Below are positions 1-13,216 of a stretch of 25,370 bases of DNA, piece after piece (within the stretch, counting starts at the first letter, position 1; each line of letters opens with the position of its first letter). The notes beneath the pieces are model-generated. The model worked only from the letters and a program-made list of their open reading frames with translations. It made no database searches and was not told where the DNA came from. The DNA is from Schizochytrium sp. TIO01 (taxonomy: Eukaryota; Protista; Bigyra: Labyrinthulomycetes): positions 1 to 25,370 of the forward strand of contig SMSO01000026.1 in NCBI GenBank assembly GCA_004764695.1, read 5' to 3'. The translations under genes and the position numbers were made by a program.

Positions 1-1025
1 CATTTTCCTCACAAGCAACGGGACACCATTGATCGGCGACTTTGACGGCATCAAGTTGCGGACTACACTGCAACTACACATCACTCAGCAACGCCACGTA
101 CGTTGCCCCGAGTTGCAGAATGGGCCTGTAGATAGGTTTGAAACAGCGATGGACATGTACTCTGTGGGCATCAGCTTAAAGGAGCTGTATCCTACTGAGC
201 GAACCGCTGCAATGCAGAAACTTATCGATGCTCTTACAGCAACAGACCCTGGCCAGCGTCCAACTCGCCAAGCACCCAACATGAAGCTTTTGGAGCCCTA
301 AGATCCCTGTCAAGATATGTCTAGATGCATGGAGGAGCATCTGCTTTCCGAGGCACGAGCTGCGAGGAGAGATTCTTTGCAGAGACTGTATCGAATCTCT
401 GTAGAAGCGGCGGCACGGCCACTTGCTAACGTAGAAGTGGATGCTGATGATGGAACATGCATGCATGAACCTGAATGTAGTGGAAGAATATCAGGTCAAA
501 AATCACCGTCTTGCACCAACTGCTTGAATCATCTTTGTTGATTGCGAAGATGAAGCAGAAAATGAAGCAGCAGTTTGGGCGGAGAAGGAGATCCAAAGGC
601 GTATAGCACAAGTTTTTACGTGCTGATGAACAGAATCGCGACGCACGGCTTCATTACCATATTCAAGAGAAGATCTTAGCACATCCGAACTGTAAGGCAT
701 ATGTACACGATTTTGACGGCTGCTGCTGAAGGGGTTAATAGACTTGTGGTCATCACTTCTGCGCTTGGTGTCTTGGCTACAGTTCTCAGGATGAAGATGC
801 ATGTCATGATCATGTGAGAACTGCTTGAAAAAGCTTGGGCAAGATCCATTTTTTCCTTATTCATTTCAGCAGGTTCGTGAGGCGTGGCAGTTGCTCCGCG
901 CTGAACGGCTGCGTGAGTACTGGAATGCACAAATTCAGGATAGAAATCTTCGACTCGTTCTGAGAGAGTTATTGTCACCTTTGCTAACACCAGATATCGT
1001 TGGCGCAAACTTTAGATTGGAATAA
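1..1025 (+). pseudogene. 3' part of a protein kinase fused to RING / RBR-type (RING2-like) zinc-finger domains; many frameshifts (pseudogene or sequencing errors); 5' end outside window
   Basis: Pieces across frames: IFLTSNGTPLIGDFDGIK (kinase subdomains VIb-VII, DFG as DFD, nt 2-55), YVAP/EL (APE motif, ~98-117), DMYSVG (IX), DPGQRPT (XI). Then KICLD...H...CRDC (RING-like, ~312-389), PNCKAYVHDFDGCC (~685-726), FCAWCL (~757-774) and HDHVRT (~806-823). A helical tail ends ...GANFRLE* at 1025. Confidence 0.7.
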
Positions 1026-4000
1026 ACTAATCGAATTTTAAATGATTATCTTTTGCTTAAGCGCCGTTGACTAGAATGCAAAAAAGCAACTGCTCTCTTC
1101 CAGATATTACCGACGTCTGCCAACAGGATCAAAATTTATAATTTTTTTTTGCAAGGTTCTTGGTGAGGGGACGTACTAAAAAACTAAAACATAATTTAGA
1201 ACAGTGTAATGATTCATTAACATTTCACTGATGATATATATGCTTTCTTAATTTATTTTCCAGTTTGAGGAGCATATTTACTTTATTATTAGATACGAAT
1301 CCTTTCTTAGTTTTACTTTCTTGTTCCTCGATAATTCATTCAGCAACACCTCAAGGTATCAGAAGCTCTATGTTTAAGCCAAATCGTTGCAAAATAAACT
1401 CAAAAATACTTTTTGATTTATCTCTCTTTGGCAGTTCTCAATAGTTCTCATTTCGGAAAGCAACTTTTTATTTATTTATTCATCAAAGCCAAAATGCAGT
1501 TCTTCTAACTGCACTGAAACCCTTAATGTGACAATTTCCTCTCAGTTTTCAATTTAAATTCTGCACACCAATCGCTACTCCACCCTAGCATCAGAGGGCC
1601 TGTAATACGCAACTTTTTATTGTACAGTCCTATCAAACATAGAATACCATGATATTACGGTTACGAGGTGCTGGGCGTTTCCAATTTACATAAGAACTCC
1701 ATCAAAGGCAGGAGCAAGAGTAGTATTACAGACACAGCCCTTTCTCCGTACATGTGATAACCTGGGTAATAGGAGAGTAGCTCTGTCTTGGTCACTATTT
1801 ACTATTACACAATAAATTAATCGTAAAGATCAGACTCTGAACACAAGCCTTGGCACTCCAGACAACTTTTGAAAGCTAGAATGAAACCATTAGTTATTTA
1901 ATCCTCGAAACTCTTTGATCTTGATATGCCATGTATCCAGATTTACTATTCGAAGCATGGACTCTTCTCAAGAAAACCATTTAATTTCCACATCTTAAAC
2001 TCTCAGATCAAAGTTGACGCAACGAACCTTCAAAGACAAAACATTGCGTTTCTGGTCGGCTCTTTAAATAAGAGAGCATTGCAATAACACACAGAGTGAT
2101 AAAGGAATCAGTTTACTCCATCAATCTGAGATTGCGAGACAATGACAACCAGAGAAGCTACAAAGTAAATGCACAATCGCTATAGGAGGAGGCTATTAAA
2201 AGATTATCTCTAAGCAGCCAGAGGTTGTATGGGAAGATGGAGGCATTTTTCAATGCTTCGGCGTACGCAGTTAGCGATTGCAAACCTTGGAGATGAACAT
2301 TCAGCACCAAAACTTCAAGAGTTTTGTGCATTCAAGGATTTACTGTCCTAGTAAATGATCAGCTACTGCTGCGTAAAGATATTTAACAGGTGGAACAGTT
2401 CATACCCTGAGTATGAGACTAAGACCGTTAAAACTCAGAGCTCAAGGGGTTAGGCTAGCTCGTTTGTTCAGAACAATTCTTTGGTTGTGTATTTCATATT
2501 CACTCATGTATTTCCTTGGTCTCACTCCTTCGTATTTGATATTCATATTCTTACAAGTCCTAGACTACGAGGACTTATAATAGTGTGACAATGACTCTTC
2601 TCCACAGAGCTCTGATTGGTAATCTCAGCACAGATGATATAAATTTTGCTGCCCCATGAACTGCATATTTTAATCTGGCTACTTGACTTAACAGAATCCC
2701 ACATGATAAGCTTTATCAGTATTCCAACTACAATGATGAATTTAAAATTACTCCTCTACAGTATGCTTCATCTGTTGAAAGAAACTATTGGCTTTACATA
2801 CTTATGCCTTATCGAAGTTTCACACCTATGTGTCGACGGATCATCTCAAGGTGCCGAACACCGAACACAAGACCAAAGCCCATAGACTTTGACAATGGGC
2901 CTTGTCAGCAGTTCCTGAATATTAATTCTAACTTTTCTTTTCCTTATTTCTCTACCTACACTATCTCTTGGTGATCGCCTCACGCTAACTTGCAATATAC
3001 CTCTAAGAGGGAAACACATTTAAGCAACATGTGCTGAGAGTGTCAACGAAAGTGTTAAGCGGTTTACTTCTCCCACGAGATCTCTGTGATGGTGTCCCAC
3101 TGAAGATTGTTTTGTTCTACAAACACACATTAAGGATTCTGTTCGAGTCAGTTTCAAAGCAGTTGAGACACATGTGAGTACACAGCCAAACAGAATGCGC
3201 ACAACCGTGCTTGGCTAGTCTCTTCATTTGCTTTTATACGCACTTCTCGTTATAGTAAACTTTGTAACACGAGATATTATTAACTCATTAGGAATAGTAG
3301 CGCCCAGTAACTTTCTTTGTCTCCAGCTTGGGGAATTATCTCGTTGATGTTTCCTAGGAAATACACAAATGCAAGCTTAATCCTGAACGTAGAACATCTT
3401 GCATCTGTGAAAGGAAGAATCTTCAGAAGGAGAGAGTCGAACTATATCGGTGAGATTCGGACACGCAAAGGAACATATTGAAGTGAACAAGTGTGACCTT
3501 TCCTTCTACCACAGAACGGCAAACCATGCAAGAAACAACAAGTATACCAGTTTCAAATTTTATTATTTTTTTATTTTTTTTCTGACCTGCATTAACTCAA
3601 TAAATGCGGAACACCACAACTAAAGAACATTGTAAAGATTCATTTTTTTTCTAAAATGTATTTATTTAAAACTGTGCAAACTAGACTAAAGCAACTACTT
3701 ATAACCATTAACCTATGCAAGACAGCTTTAGAATTCTCAATCATTGGCGGATAATTTCGTGCTAGGGAAAGAAATATGAAGCATTTCTTGACTATGCACA
3801 CGATTTGTAATATGCACAGAATAAATAATCGATTGCTCGAAATGCGTGTGTTTCAACTCAACCAGGGGGGTAGAGGACCTACAGCTTTACGAATCTCGTC
3901 GAATTGCCTTGTTCATTTTGAGGCTTGCTTTGTGCCCTTCCCTCCCTCACCACTATGTTGACTGACGCTTCAACATGATCTGGTCATGAAGGTGTTCCTT

Positions 4001-7000
4001 GAGCCATGCGAAGTCATGGCGTCAGTTTTTCCTTCTCACAAACTTTACTGTTGCTCGGCATCAGCTTGTATTTCAACAAAGGCCAATAAAAGCACTCTGT
4101 AACAGAAAGCCTGCAAGGAGGCTTTTGTCTTCAATGGCAGGCCAGAGAGACTCGAAGGAAAGCTACTTTCTGCGTTGTTACTTTTTATAGAATGAAATAG
4201 AGGTCTGGAGTATAAATGCTAGAGTTCGACTTATCAGTTCACATTCGATCATACCACGCGGGTAACACCTCATCTCATTCGCACTGAGAAGTAAAGTCGC
4301 GTAGGGCCGGGTCAGTAGTATGATAGGGGACTGCATGCGAAGCCCCGGTGTTGAATGTTCTTTTTGCAATTTTTTCCCAAACCACTCATTTTTGGTACTT
4401 TGATATGAATCGCTAATAATTGAGCAATGATATCAGTTCTCCACACAAAGCGGGGTTAATCTGTTCATTTTGACATACGTACTGGTGACGTTGGCTTACT
4501 ATCAACATTCCCAAATTAAAAAAATTGATAGGGAATCTGAAAATTGATGTATCCTATTTTTGCAATGCATTAAAAGTTAGGCAACAAAGAGATAAAAGAA
4601 TCGAAATTACTTTGCATCAATCGTGATCTACTTAGGAAAGCCATGGTCAGTAACTGCATTCTCTGGAAAGTACGCTTGCAGAAACAAATGAAAGGAACAA
4701 ATTTAAGATCTCGGTAGAATAAATAGAGGTTCCACAGAAAAGGTCGTACTTGCTTTTCAAATATCATTCTCGTCGCCGCAATCAATCGAGATATATGTTT
4801 ATTTGATACTCCATTCGCTTGCCCGAGGCTGCACTTTTTCTCTTCTCCCTTTGCCTGGGTGACAAGCTTTAAGGCAACAGCACAAAAGTCGTATATATTA
4901 AAGATACCTTCAGCAGCAGATTTGAGGAAATAAAATTTTCAGTAGCTTCCCTGAAGACAGCCCGTGTTTAATTTACTATTTTTCGAAACAAAGTCAGGTA
5001 CCAAGAATTTTGATTTCAATGATCCCAGCGACCTGAATTGATCTAGATTTTTAGAGGAGAAACTTTGGCCATCTGGTGATGTACGACGTTTTATTTTTCG
5101 TTTTTCCTAAACTAAGTTTGGTATTGGTACTTCGGCAGATACCTACTACAAGGAACATATTCATTAGACCAATAAACCAAAGCCATAACTTAGCTAGCAT
5201 AAAATTCAACAGAACGTTGTTATTGTTGCAACAGTATAATTCCAATGTACAGTTGACTGCTTTTCGTGCACAGCTCAGTGCGAACAACAATACGGGAAAA
5301 TGGCATCTACATGTGGACCAATTAAATGCACTGCGAAGTTCATGGCCACTTTTAACATTTGCAATGGTCACCGCGGTAATTGCTTATGTCGTAAAAGGTT
5401 CTACACTGTAGAGGAACCATATTAAAAAAATCTTTTATTCAAAAAGTCTCGCAATGCTATTGTCCTGGCCAAAATGTGCAGATCACTTTGAATATTTTTG
5501 CGACCCGTGAAGTCGCTCGTGTTTATGAATAATTGTTCATTACTCTAGTCAGCGGCGAATTTTTACAAAAACATACCAACGAGCAAAATAGCCGCATAGT
5601 GAGAATGACCAGGCTTATGACCCAGCATTGATTTCTTTCTCCAGAGGCCATGGTTTAGGCTTGGTGGCAGACCTCCTTTCAGGTGGACAGCTGATTCTCC
5701 AACAAGACCTCACTTGTTTCACAGACCTTTCTGAGGCATAAAAAACACCTTCTATAATTGAGAAACAAAGGTTCTCACTTAACTCTGTGCTCGCTGGCGG
5801 AGACAGAGACCCATCTTGCCAAAGCAGCGGTGCTGGCAGGAGCTCGAGCTTCGTCCAAGTCTCGCAGAGCCAAGGTTGATGTGATCTCATCTCACAGCTT
5901 CGTTCGTTTGGAGGCAAAGCAGAAGGAACCGGAAGCAACCTACAAGCGCAGGTAGTCAACCCAGCATCTTTGCTAAGGCCAAGCGAACCACCCACTATGC
6001 TCTACCTGCTCACGGCCGGGGCGCCTAGAGCAGTCCTCTATGATTTGATTCAAGTTCTGATGCTTTTCCTTTTGATCTTCCCGCACTTTATTATAGAAAT
6101 GAAAATACAGACTAGAGTTTAATCTATCTAGAACTTTATTTGAAGAATTATCTAACTAGGACTAACAGAACCTTAGCGTATAAATTAGAACTTGCAATTC
6201 TAACTGTTGAGAACAATGATTGCCCAGCAACAACTTTACCTACACTACCGTCAAAGCAAGATATTGCATGTTTTGACCGCACAGCATCTTCTACTGAACT
6301 GGAGAGAGAGTTTCTTCTTTCCTTTCGAATCTGTACGATGACTGCAAATTTTGAAGTATTTTGAAGCATATCAATTGTGACGAATGAGTGCCTGCGATTC
6401 CTTCACTGGGCCTTTGCACCAGAGCTTTCTCCCAAGCACATTACTGTCAAAGATTAAGTTGCAAATCGTTCGATAGCTGTTTCTTTATATTTTAGGGGGT
6501 GCTCTCACGAAATGCGTTTTTGAAATAAGAAATCCATTATGAGTTCCTCTTTGCGGCATCTCCAAATTAACAAATGACCTTTCTTAACCATGAAAGGGAC
6601 TAGTCACAAGATAAGTGGTAGTTCTCAATTTGTGAATTCTTTGTGCAATTCCTTATTGCACTGTTTTCCCTTCAATCAGGTTTTCTATGTTGATGCTATC
6701 GAAGTAATTTGATGTGCAGGCACGAAAGCGTACTTACCACACATTTGACTAGTATTTCCGGTTCCCAAAGGACTTGCTTCGAAAAAGCTGCAACATATCG
6801 TATTTCGAACGTCCGTGAATCTATTTAGAAATATTTTGTGGTGTTCTGTCGTTTGCACCAAGCTCCAATGATATCGTTTTTATAAATATTCTAATGCATA
6901 CAGGCATGCTGTTAAGTTCAGTTATTACACCTGGAAAGCATTCGTATATAATACATGATTGTTGATTCAGAGTCTTATGGAAATTTGTATCACTTGCCTT

Positions 7001-8977
7001 CATCGAACGTACAATACTTGAGAGAATTTTAACCTGAGTTTGCCTCCAACAAAAACAACCTTTTTTAAAACTTTTTAAAACAAGACTCAGCAAAACGAAA
7101 GCTTGACTTTGTTGGCGGCTGCTCAAAACATTCGCGAAATGGCCCCAATAATGTTTTTTTGATAGATGAGGTCATACAAAAGGTCTACTCTCTAAGGAAG
7201 CACAATGTTTTGATAATTTCTTTGTTCGACAGAGCCCTTCCGTCGAACAAATCTACATCATCACCAACTGCAGAGTGCTCTGAGCATGAAAGTTTAAAGA
7301 CAAACGTGATTCCTAGAAAGCCATGCTGCAGTAAACAACGTTGGACAGCTTTATGACCAATTTGAAAATGCTTAACGAGCTAAAAACATTGGTTTCGGAA
7401 AGTTCACACACTAAGGATTCATTTGGATTGAGCTTCTAAACAGCAAAGTCGGCTTGTCACCTGTCTAAGCAGTGGCGCCTATACTATTGTGCAACCCTTG
7501 ATCTGAAGATGCCTCTATTCTGTGCAGCAGCAAACTAGTTAAGACTCGTTAAGTCTCTCGAAGATCTCAGTCAGGCTACATCAATAATTTCTGTCAATTT
7601 AAAAAATTTGCAAATACTTTTACTCCTTTTAACTTTTAAAGATTAAAAACAAAAATGTATTAGCACAGAATATAAAAACAAAATTGTTCTGTTTTAATTA
7701 AACTTTTACTTTTGGTTTAAAATATTTAACTTTTCAAATTAAAAAGTTTAATTTAATATTAAACAATGAGTTTTTGGTGTTTTTGTTTGTTTTAACAAAG
7801 ACAGATCGTACCTTGCTACAATTTTAAAACTGGATCCATTCCATGCTTATCAGTACTCTTGTTGATAGAGAAAAGTAAAACATCTCTTGTAGATTGGTTT
7901 AGTGGTAAAGACATGTTTTACATATCTATAAGGAGTTAAATTATTATAGCAAGTGGGACGAAGTTACAGAGGGCTGGAAGATCTCACACAGTGAATGCGA
8001 ACGTTTGCGAATATATTTCAGTCTTTCACGAAAAGCGAATGCACATTATCTTGCTCTTTCAAGAATCATATAAAAGGACCACTGAGGGACGGTGCTTCAT
8101 TTAATTCCAGCAATAAATCTAGACTATCTGAATGTTCATTTACTTTTCAAGCTTGAAGCAAAACAATAATATAATCGATCAAACGCTAGTGGACGTTTTT
8201 GTTATTGTACATAACGTATTGCTATGCTCAAAATAAACTAAACGAAGCATTCATTATGCATTAGTAACACCTTGTGTACAATTTGTGATGTAATTGTTGA
8301 TCGTGTAGTTAATGACCGTAGGATGAGAACAAGCAATCCACGCGAATACGGTGTCTTCATGCCGAGAGGTACCTTGAAGAATACATTGCAGGAGAAGATA
8401 TGTCTTTGACGTTGAAACGTGTTGCAATGAATACTCTCGATGGGATACGGCATCCTGATATGCTTCACCAATTCATTTTGCTATTAATAGAATGATTAGT
8501 GTTGGAAAGCACTTTAAATAATAATAGAAATTCATAAAAATTAAAACAAAGACATTTATTCAAATAAGTTTTTTAATTTAATATAAACTATTAATATTTA
8601 TTTAGTTTGTCTTTATTTATTTATTCAAATAAATTCTTTTTAAAAGTATCGTTATTATCGAAGAGTATATTGACAATGTGGCGCTGCATAAAGCGTCGCA
8701 TCCAATTATACAATACACAGTAACCATTGGGCATAGTGCGGCCAACAAATCTGAGAGGCCATTTCGATACTAACGCTTCTACTTTAGATCGCAAAGGTTC
8801 TAGCCTCATGAGTATCTTCATGTTTCAATTGTTCAAAGCAGCATGAATTCCTTTCTACTACACACCTTCATCACAATCGCTGCTCCACATATTGTCGTAA
8901 CAGATATCTTGGGATACCTGACATTCCAGTAGACTTGGGGTAAGGTCAACTTCACCATATTGGGTATCTTCCTTTTT

Positions 8978-9473
8978 GTCCTGGCCCTCTAGGATATTTC
9001 CAAACAAGTTGTCCAATGAATGCATTCGCCTCATATTCCATATCATCAAGAAAAACCAGAGAAAACTTTCAATCCCCTCAAGCCTAAAATTTATTTTACT
9101 TTTCACTTAAAAGAAAGGTTGAAAGGACTTTCCTTTTTAATTGAAAATCTTTTTACAGATAAAATATTTCCTCTTACCGTCCACGCTATCGTGCAACAAG
9201 GAAATCACACACCTACCTAAGAGGAAGCCTCGCCGGCAAGCATACCCAAAACCTCTGACTACTCACGGCCACCCGAGTCTCGCCGAGCTCACCCAGCAAG
9301 GCTTCTTTAGTCTCCACTATAGCTAAACTAACTCACTCATCAGCTTAGTTTTCTCAAAGTTAAAGAGTTGCGGCTGCGCTCCACGCCACGCATCCTCTTC
9401 GTTCACCTTTCCGCAGGCTAGCCTATCCTCCTACGGATACCTTTTCCCCGCGATTGCCTCTCAATCGACCAGG
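8978..9473. repeat. Dispersed repeat copy A (~0.5 kb), diverged direct repeat of 19224-19720
   Basis: Collinear shared blocks with copy B: GTCCT.GCCCTCTAG, ACAAGTTGT..AATGAATGCATTCGCCT.ATA.TCCAT, GAAAATCTTTT, GTGCAACAAGGAAAT, GCAAGCAT.CCCAAAAC, GTTTTCTCAAAG, CTGCGCTCCACGC, CCTCTTCGTTCACC, AGGCTAGCCTATCCT, CGATTGCCT..CAATC. Confidence 0.9.
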
Positions 9474-10016
9474 GGTCTCGTCCATTTCAATAATTTTACA
9501 CATTTGTAATAACCAATTTATGAATGTACGAATCGTTTTATTCGGACTCCGCTCTTCGGTGTTAAAAAAAGATCCATTACATTCTTTCAATTTTCAGTTT
9601 TTGTTTTTAACACTTTCATTTTCTAAAACTAAGTTTACTTTTTTTTTTTAAACAAAAAAAAAAACTTTTAGAATTCTATTATAATATATATTTTAATTTA
9701 CAGGAAAAGGGGGTATTAAATAAACCTTTAAGTGAAAAACTTTATTATATTTTAAAATAACTCTCAATCAATCATTGCGCAGTGGCTCGCTTCTTTACGC
9801 CCACGTACCTTGTGGACGAAAAAGAGTCGTTAGCTAAAACGGGCTTCAAGCTTTTCATCCTTGTGCAAATTATTTATGCAAATATGTAAATTTAATGGTC
9901 TTTTAAGTGACGGTCAGCTTTATTCTTTCGTGCAATAAAGTTCCCGAGGGTCAGGATAGGGCGTGAGGAAAACATATTTTTGATAGCAGCAAGTCTCACT
10001 TTCAACTTAGCAAGTT

Positions 10017-10090
10017 GTCTCCGTGGCCAAGTTGGATAAGGTGCCTGACTACGAATCAGGAGATCGTGGGTTCAAGTCCCGCCGGAGATT
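10017..10090 (+). tRNA. tRNA-Arg(ACG)
   Basis: Cloverleaf: acceptor GTCTCCG/CGGAGAT, D-loop TGGCCAAGTTGGATAAGG, anticodon arm CCTGA-CTACGAA-TCAGG, T-arm GTGGG-TTCAAGT-CCCGC. T-runs follow downstream (Pol III terminator-like). Confidence 0.95.
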
Positions 10091-10855
10091 CTGGAACCCA
10101 AAGTGTATTTCTTTTTGTTTTAGGGAAAGTAACTGTGGGATCAGATGCTTTACCTGCGTTTCAGTCTTGCCAAAGCAAAGCCACGGAAACTCGTACAGAA
10201 AGTAGACAAATTCCTGTTTATATCCTTCTGACATTTGTTTTCAAGCTTATCGATTCTCGATGTTCTCTTAAAAGCCTATGGTTTTAAACAGCACAGCATT
10301 ACTTTTACTGCAAATCATCAAGGCTTTACTTTGAAACTGTGTATACTCAAATGTATACCTTTACGTTAGTCTAATTCAGACATCTGAGGATAAACAGAAC
10401 CGATGATTTAAATTGTAGAAATCAAAATCATAGCATCATTATGATAAAATTGACGAGCCTTCATCAAGTGCCAAGGAAAGAACTGCCAAAGAAAGTTTAG
10501 CTTAATCAGCGATGCCTTGCACAAGTGTAGATCAAACCGGAGATACTTGTATAGTACATAGAATTCCAAATCCCAACGTAATCAGCCAGACTGTAGAGTG
10601 CCTTCCCGAATACTGTCTCCTCTTCTTTGGTTTGCAAGCTAGCAAGCATTGAAGAATAGCTTTTGCATTTTTCAAACATTCGTTAAAAACACTCGATACA
10701 TCATCATTTGTCAGTATGAAAAAGAATCCTTTAAAAGGGAACTAACCTTTCATTTCTTGAGCTTGTACATTCAGTAAAACACACCGTAAGATATGGATGG
10801 TATCAGTATGAAAAGAAACCAACATAAATATTCAGTTTCCTAGTCTTGAAGTGAG

Positions 10856-10911
10856 TGCCTTCGCGCGGAATCCAACCACGGTCGTCACGGCCACAACGTG
10901 ACGTTCTACCA
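10856..10911 (-). pseudogene. tRNA-His(GTG) pseudogene, 5' acceptor strand and first half of D-arm missing
   Basis: Minus strand reads TGGTAGAAC-G-TCACG-TTGTGGC-CGTGA-CGAC-CGTGG-TTGGATT-CCGCG-CGAAGGC-A: intact anticodon arm with GTG and a T-loop mutated to TTGGATT. Upstream there is a hairpin (10913-10946) instead of the expected GCCTTCG acceptor strand. Confidence 0.8.
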
Positions 10912-10912
10912 T

Positions 10913-10946
10913 CGTGCTAAAGTAAAGTCAAGCTTACTTTAGCACG
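10913..10946. repeat. Perfect 13-bp inverted repeat (hairpin) abutting the truncated tRNA-His
   Basis: CGTGCTAAAGTAA-agtcaagc-TTACTTTAGCACG. Confidence 0.9.
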
Positions 10947-11823
10947 GTCAAGTCAAAGCACATTTTGTATTCCTCATCCACTGCTCAAAGTCATTTAGCT
11001 TCGAAAAGTATACCTTCATGTTGGATTGGGTAATTCATTTAGCGACCTTTACCAGGTTGACAAATGTATCAATCAACTCCAAACTCAAAATTGTGAGAAA
11101 GACTAGATCAGCTATATCCGAAAGGTAAATCGGCAAGCGAGGAAATTACCTCTCAAATGCTTTCAAGTTCGGAAAGAAGCAGGAAGCGAAAATGAAGTGA
11201 CAAGCATTTATAAAATATCGAACATTTCGGTTTGTCGTGGCCCACACTATTTTCGATTGATCCTTTAATTGACGGAGACTTCGTAAATAATTTCTCCATC
11301 TGCATTCAAAGCAGCAATATATTTTGTTTTAGGGATACTGGTTTTAATGTCGATGTTGTTTGTCGTTCTTCTTTCTTTTTACAAAAGAAGAGCACTGTTG
11401 ATTTATAGCTTCTGCAATTCGTTGTATAGAAGCTTTCAAAATACTTAGATTACCTTCAAAGAGCTGAAGCTCTCAACTTTGGAGGGAACTTACTTCTTCA
11501 GAAATATAGGGTAGTATCATAAACGGGTACAAAAACAAATGTGCTATTTGCGAATGCAGGATCTTCTGGTTTTCACTCGTTCCCTTCAAATGCAGTCATC
11601 TCTAGAGTTCAACAATTCCCTACAATGTTTCAAATCAGTCGATTCTCCGTTTATTTCACCCAGCAGATTTCGGAAGAAAGCCTAAATCTGCAAGGAATAG
11701 TATCTGTTTTTTATTTAAAGATAGAAACATAAGCAAAACAAAAAACACTAGGAACCGAAACGAAAAAAATGCACGACACTTATTTTGAATCTATGTGGAA
11801 TCCAAATTGAAGCAAAGCTACGT

Positions 11824-11938
11824 CGTTGCGGCTGGGATTCGAACCCAGGCGTTCGGAGAACAATGGATCAAGGCATGTTGTACTCAACATTGTGAGCCAC
11901 ATAGCAGTCCACCACCTTAACCACTCGGTCACCGCAAC
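11824..11938 (-). tRNA. tRNA-Ser(GCT) with a 33-nt canonical intron (11869-11901)
   Basis: Minus strand: acceptor GTTGCGG/CCGCAAC, D-arm ACCGAGTGGTTAAGGT, anticodon arm GTGGA-CTGCTA[intron]A-TCCAT, long variable arm TGTTCTCCGAACG, T-arm CTGGG-TTCGAAT-CCCAG. Mature length is 82 nt and the intron is at position 37/38. Confidence 0.95.
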
Positions 11939-12638
11939 ACTTCCTAATTGAAATCGACAACAACCGTTTATACATCAATGAGCCTACCTTTCAAACAAGA
12001 ATACGCCATGCACTTTAATAATTTTCACATTACTTGTATCAAAGGAGTAAAGCAAAATCCTTCATAATCTGTTTGTTTCTTTTAATTAGACAACCTTTCA
12101 TGTTGCCTTTAACAAATTTTCCTGTTTCAAAGATTAGACTGAGAGTTTATCTTTTCACTCATGTTGAAAGTTTCAAAATTTTATAGCTATTGCCGGGGAT
12201 CACTCTAAGAAAGTACTTCCAAAAAACCATTCCTTTGACAAATAAAAAGGGAGCTTCACCAGTTTCTCACTCACTCTGTGTAGAGTATAGCAAAAACTAA
12301 TGAAACTCCCTTTCTACTTCGTCACAATTGCGTTTCTTTATCTAGACTCTATCCTTCCTAATTACCTTCCCAATAATATACTATACAACTCGAAGGCCCC
12401 AATTTTCCATAGCAAACTCTTTGCAACACCCATAATCCACTTATTCCTTCACTAGTCCTCATTTCAAATACGCCTATTGTTTCCCCTACCAACCCACTAA
12501 CAACCATTGTTCCCTGCCCTTAAATAATATCCAAAAGAACTTCATCCTCAAACAAACAAATCCATTCTCCCCGGGAGTCACCAACAATAAAATAAAATAA
12601 AAAAAAAAGAAAAAACTTTATACTAAATAGCATAAAGA

Positions 12639-13015
12639 ACAGATCAACGGAACGAAGGCCAGACCTCAGCAGATCGTAGGGCAAGGCCTACTCTCATGCT
12701 TACAGTACCCCGTCCAAGCTAAGTCGTCTACAAAGGATCTCTTGCTTGATTCGTTGAAATTGTGATGAGAGAAAGCGCTGATTTTGACAGCACTGGTTTC
12801 AATCGGTTTACAAAAATTGTATAGATACTCGTAGTAACTAATCAAGCATGTAATATCATCGCCTTCAGCATCGTTTCGGACTTAGAGGCGTTCAGCCCTG
12901 AACGAACGCATGATAGCTTTGCGGCATTGACTTTTCAGACAACCGCGTTACCAATGATGCGGTCCAAAGGTTCCTCTCGTACTAACCTGAACTACTGGTA
13001 CGACAACAACTTCAT

Positions 13016-13071
<56 letters not shown>

Positions 13072-13116
13072 TTAACGGGTGAACAATCCGACCATTGCGC
13101 CCTTCTGCAAGCGCAG

Positions 13117-13150
<34 letters not shown>

Positions 13151-13173
13151 AACGTCGCTATGAACGCTTGGCT

Positions 13174-13216
<43 letters not shown>

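Noticed and set aside
3020-3560. Possible non-LTR retrotransposon CCHC/RHN C-terminal remnant
   Set aside because: Only scattered Cys/His and an AHNR in different frames with several stops; no RT motif upstream, so it is too weak to call.
5051-5411. Overlapping ~110-aa ORFs on both strands
   Set aside because: Non-ATG starts, no recognisable motif, and a length compatible with chance.
9786-9832. Imperfect hairpin upstream of tRNA-Arg
   Set aside because: Short stem with several mismatches; no tRNA, Helitron-end or other family signature that I can support.
12180-12638. 5S rRNA or telomeric repeats flanking the rDNA
   Set aside because: No 5S box A/C and helix pattern and no tandem TTAGG-type repeats were found here or upstream of 18S.
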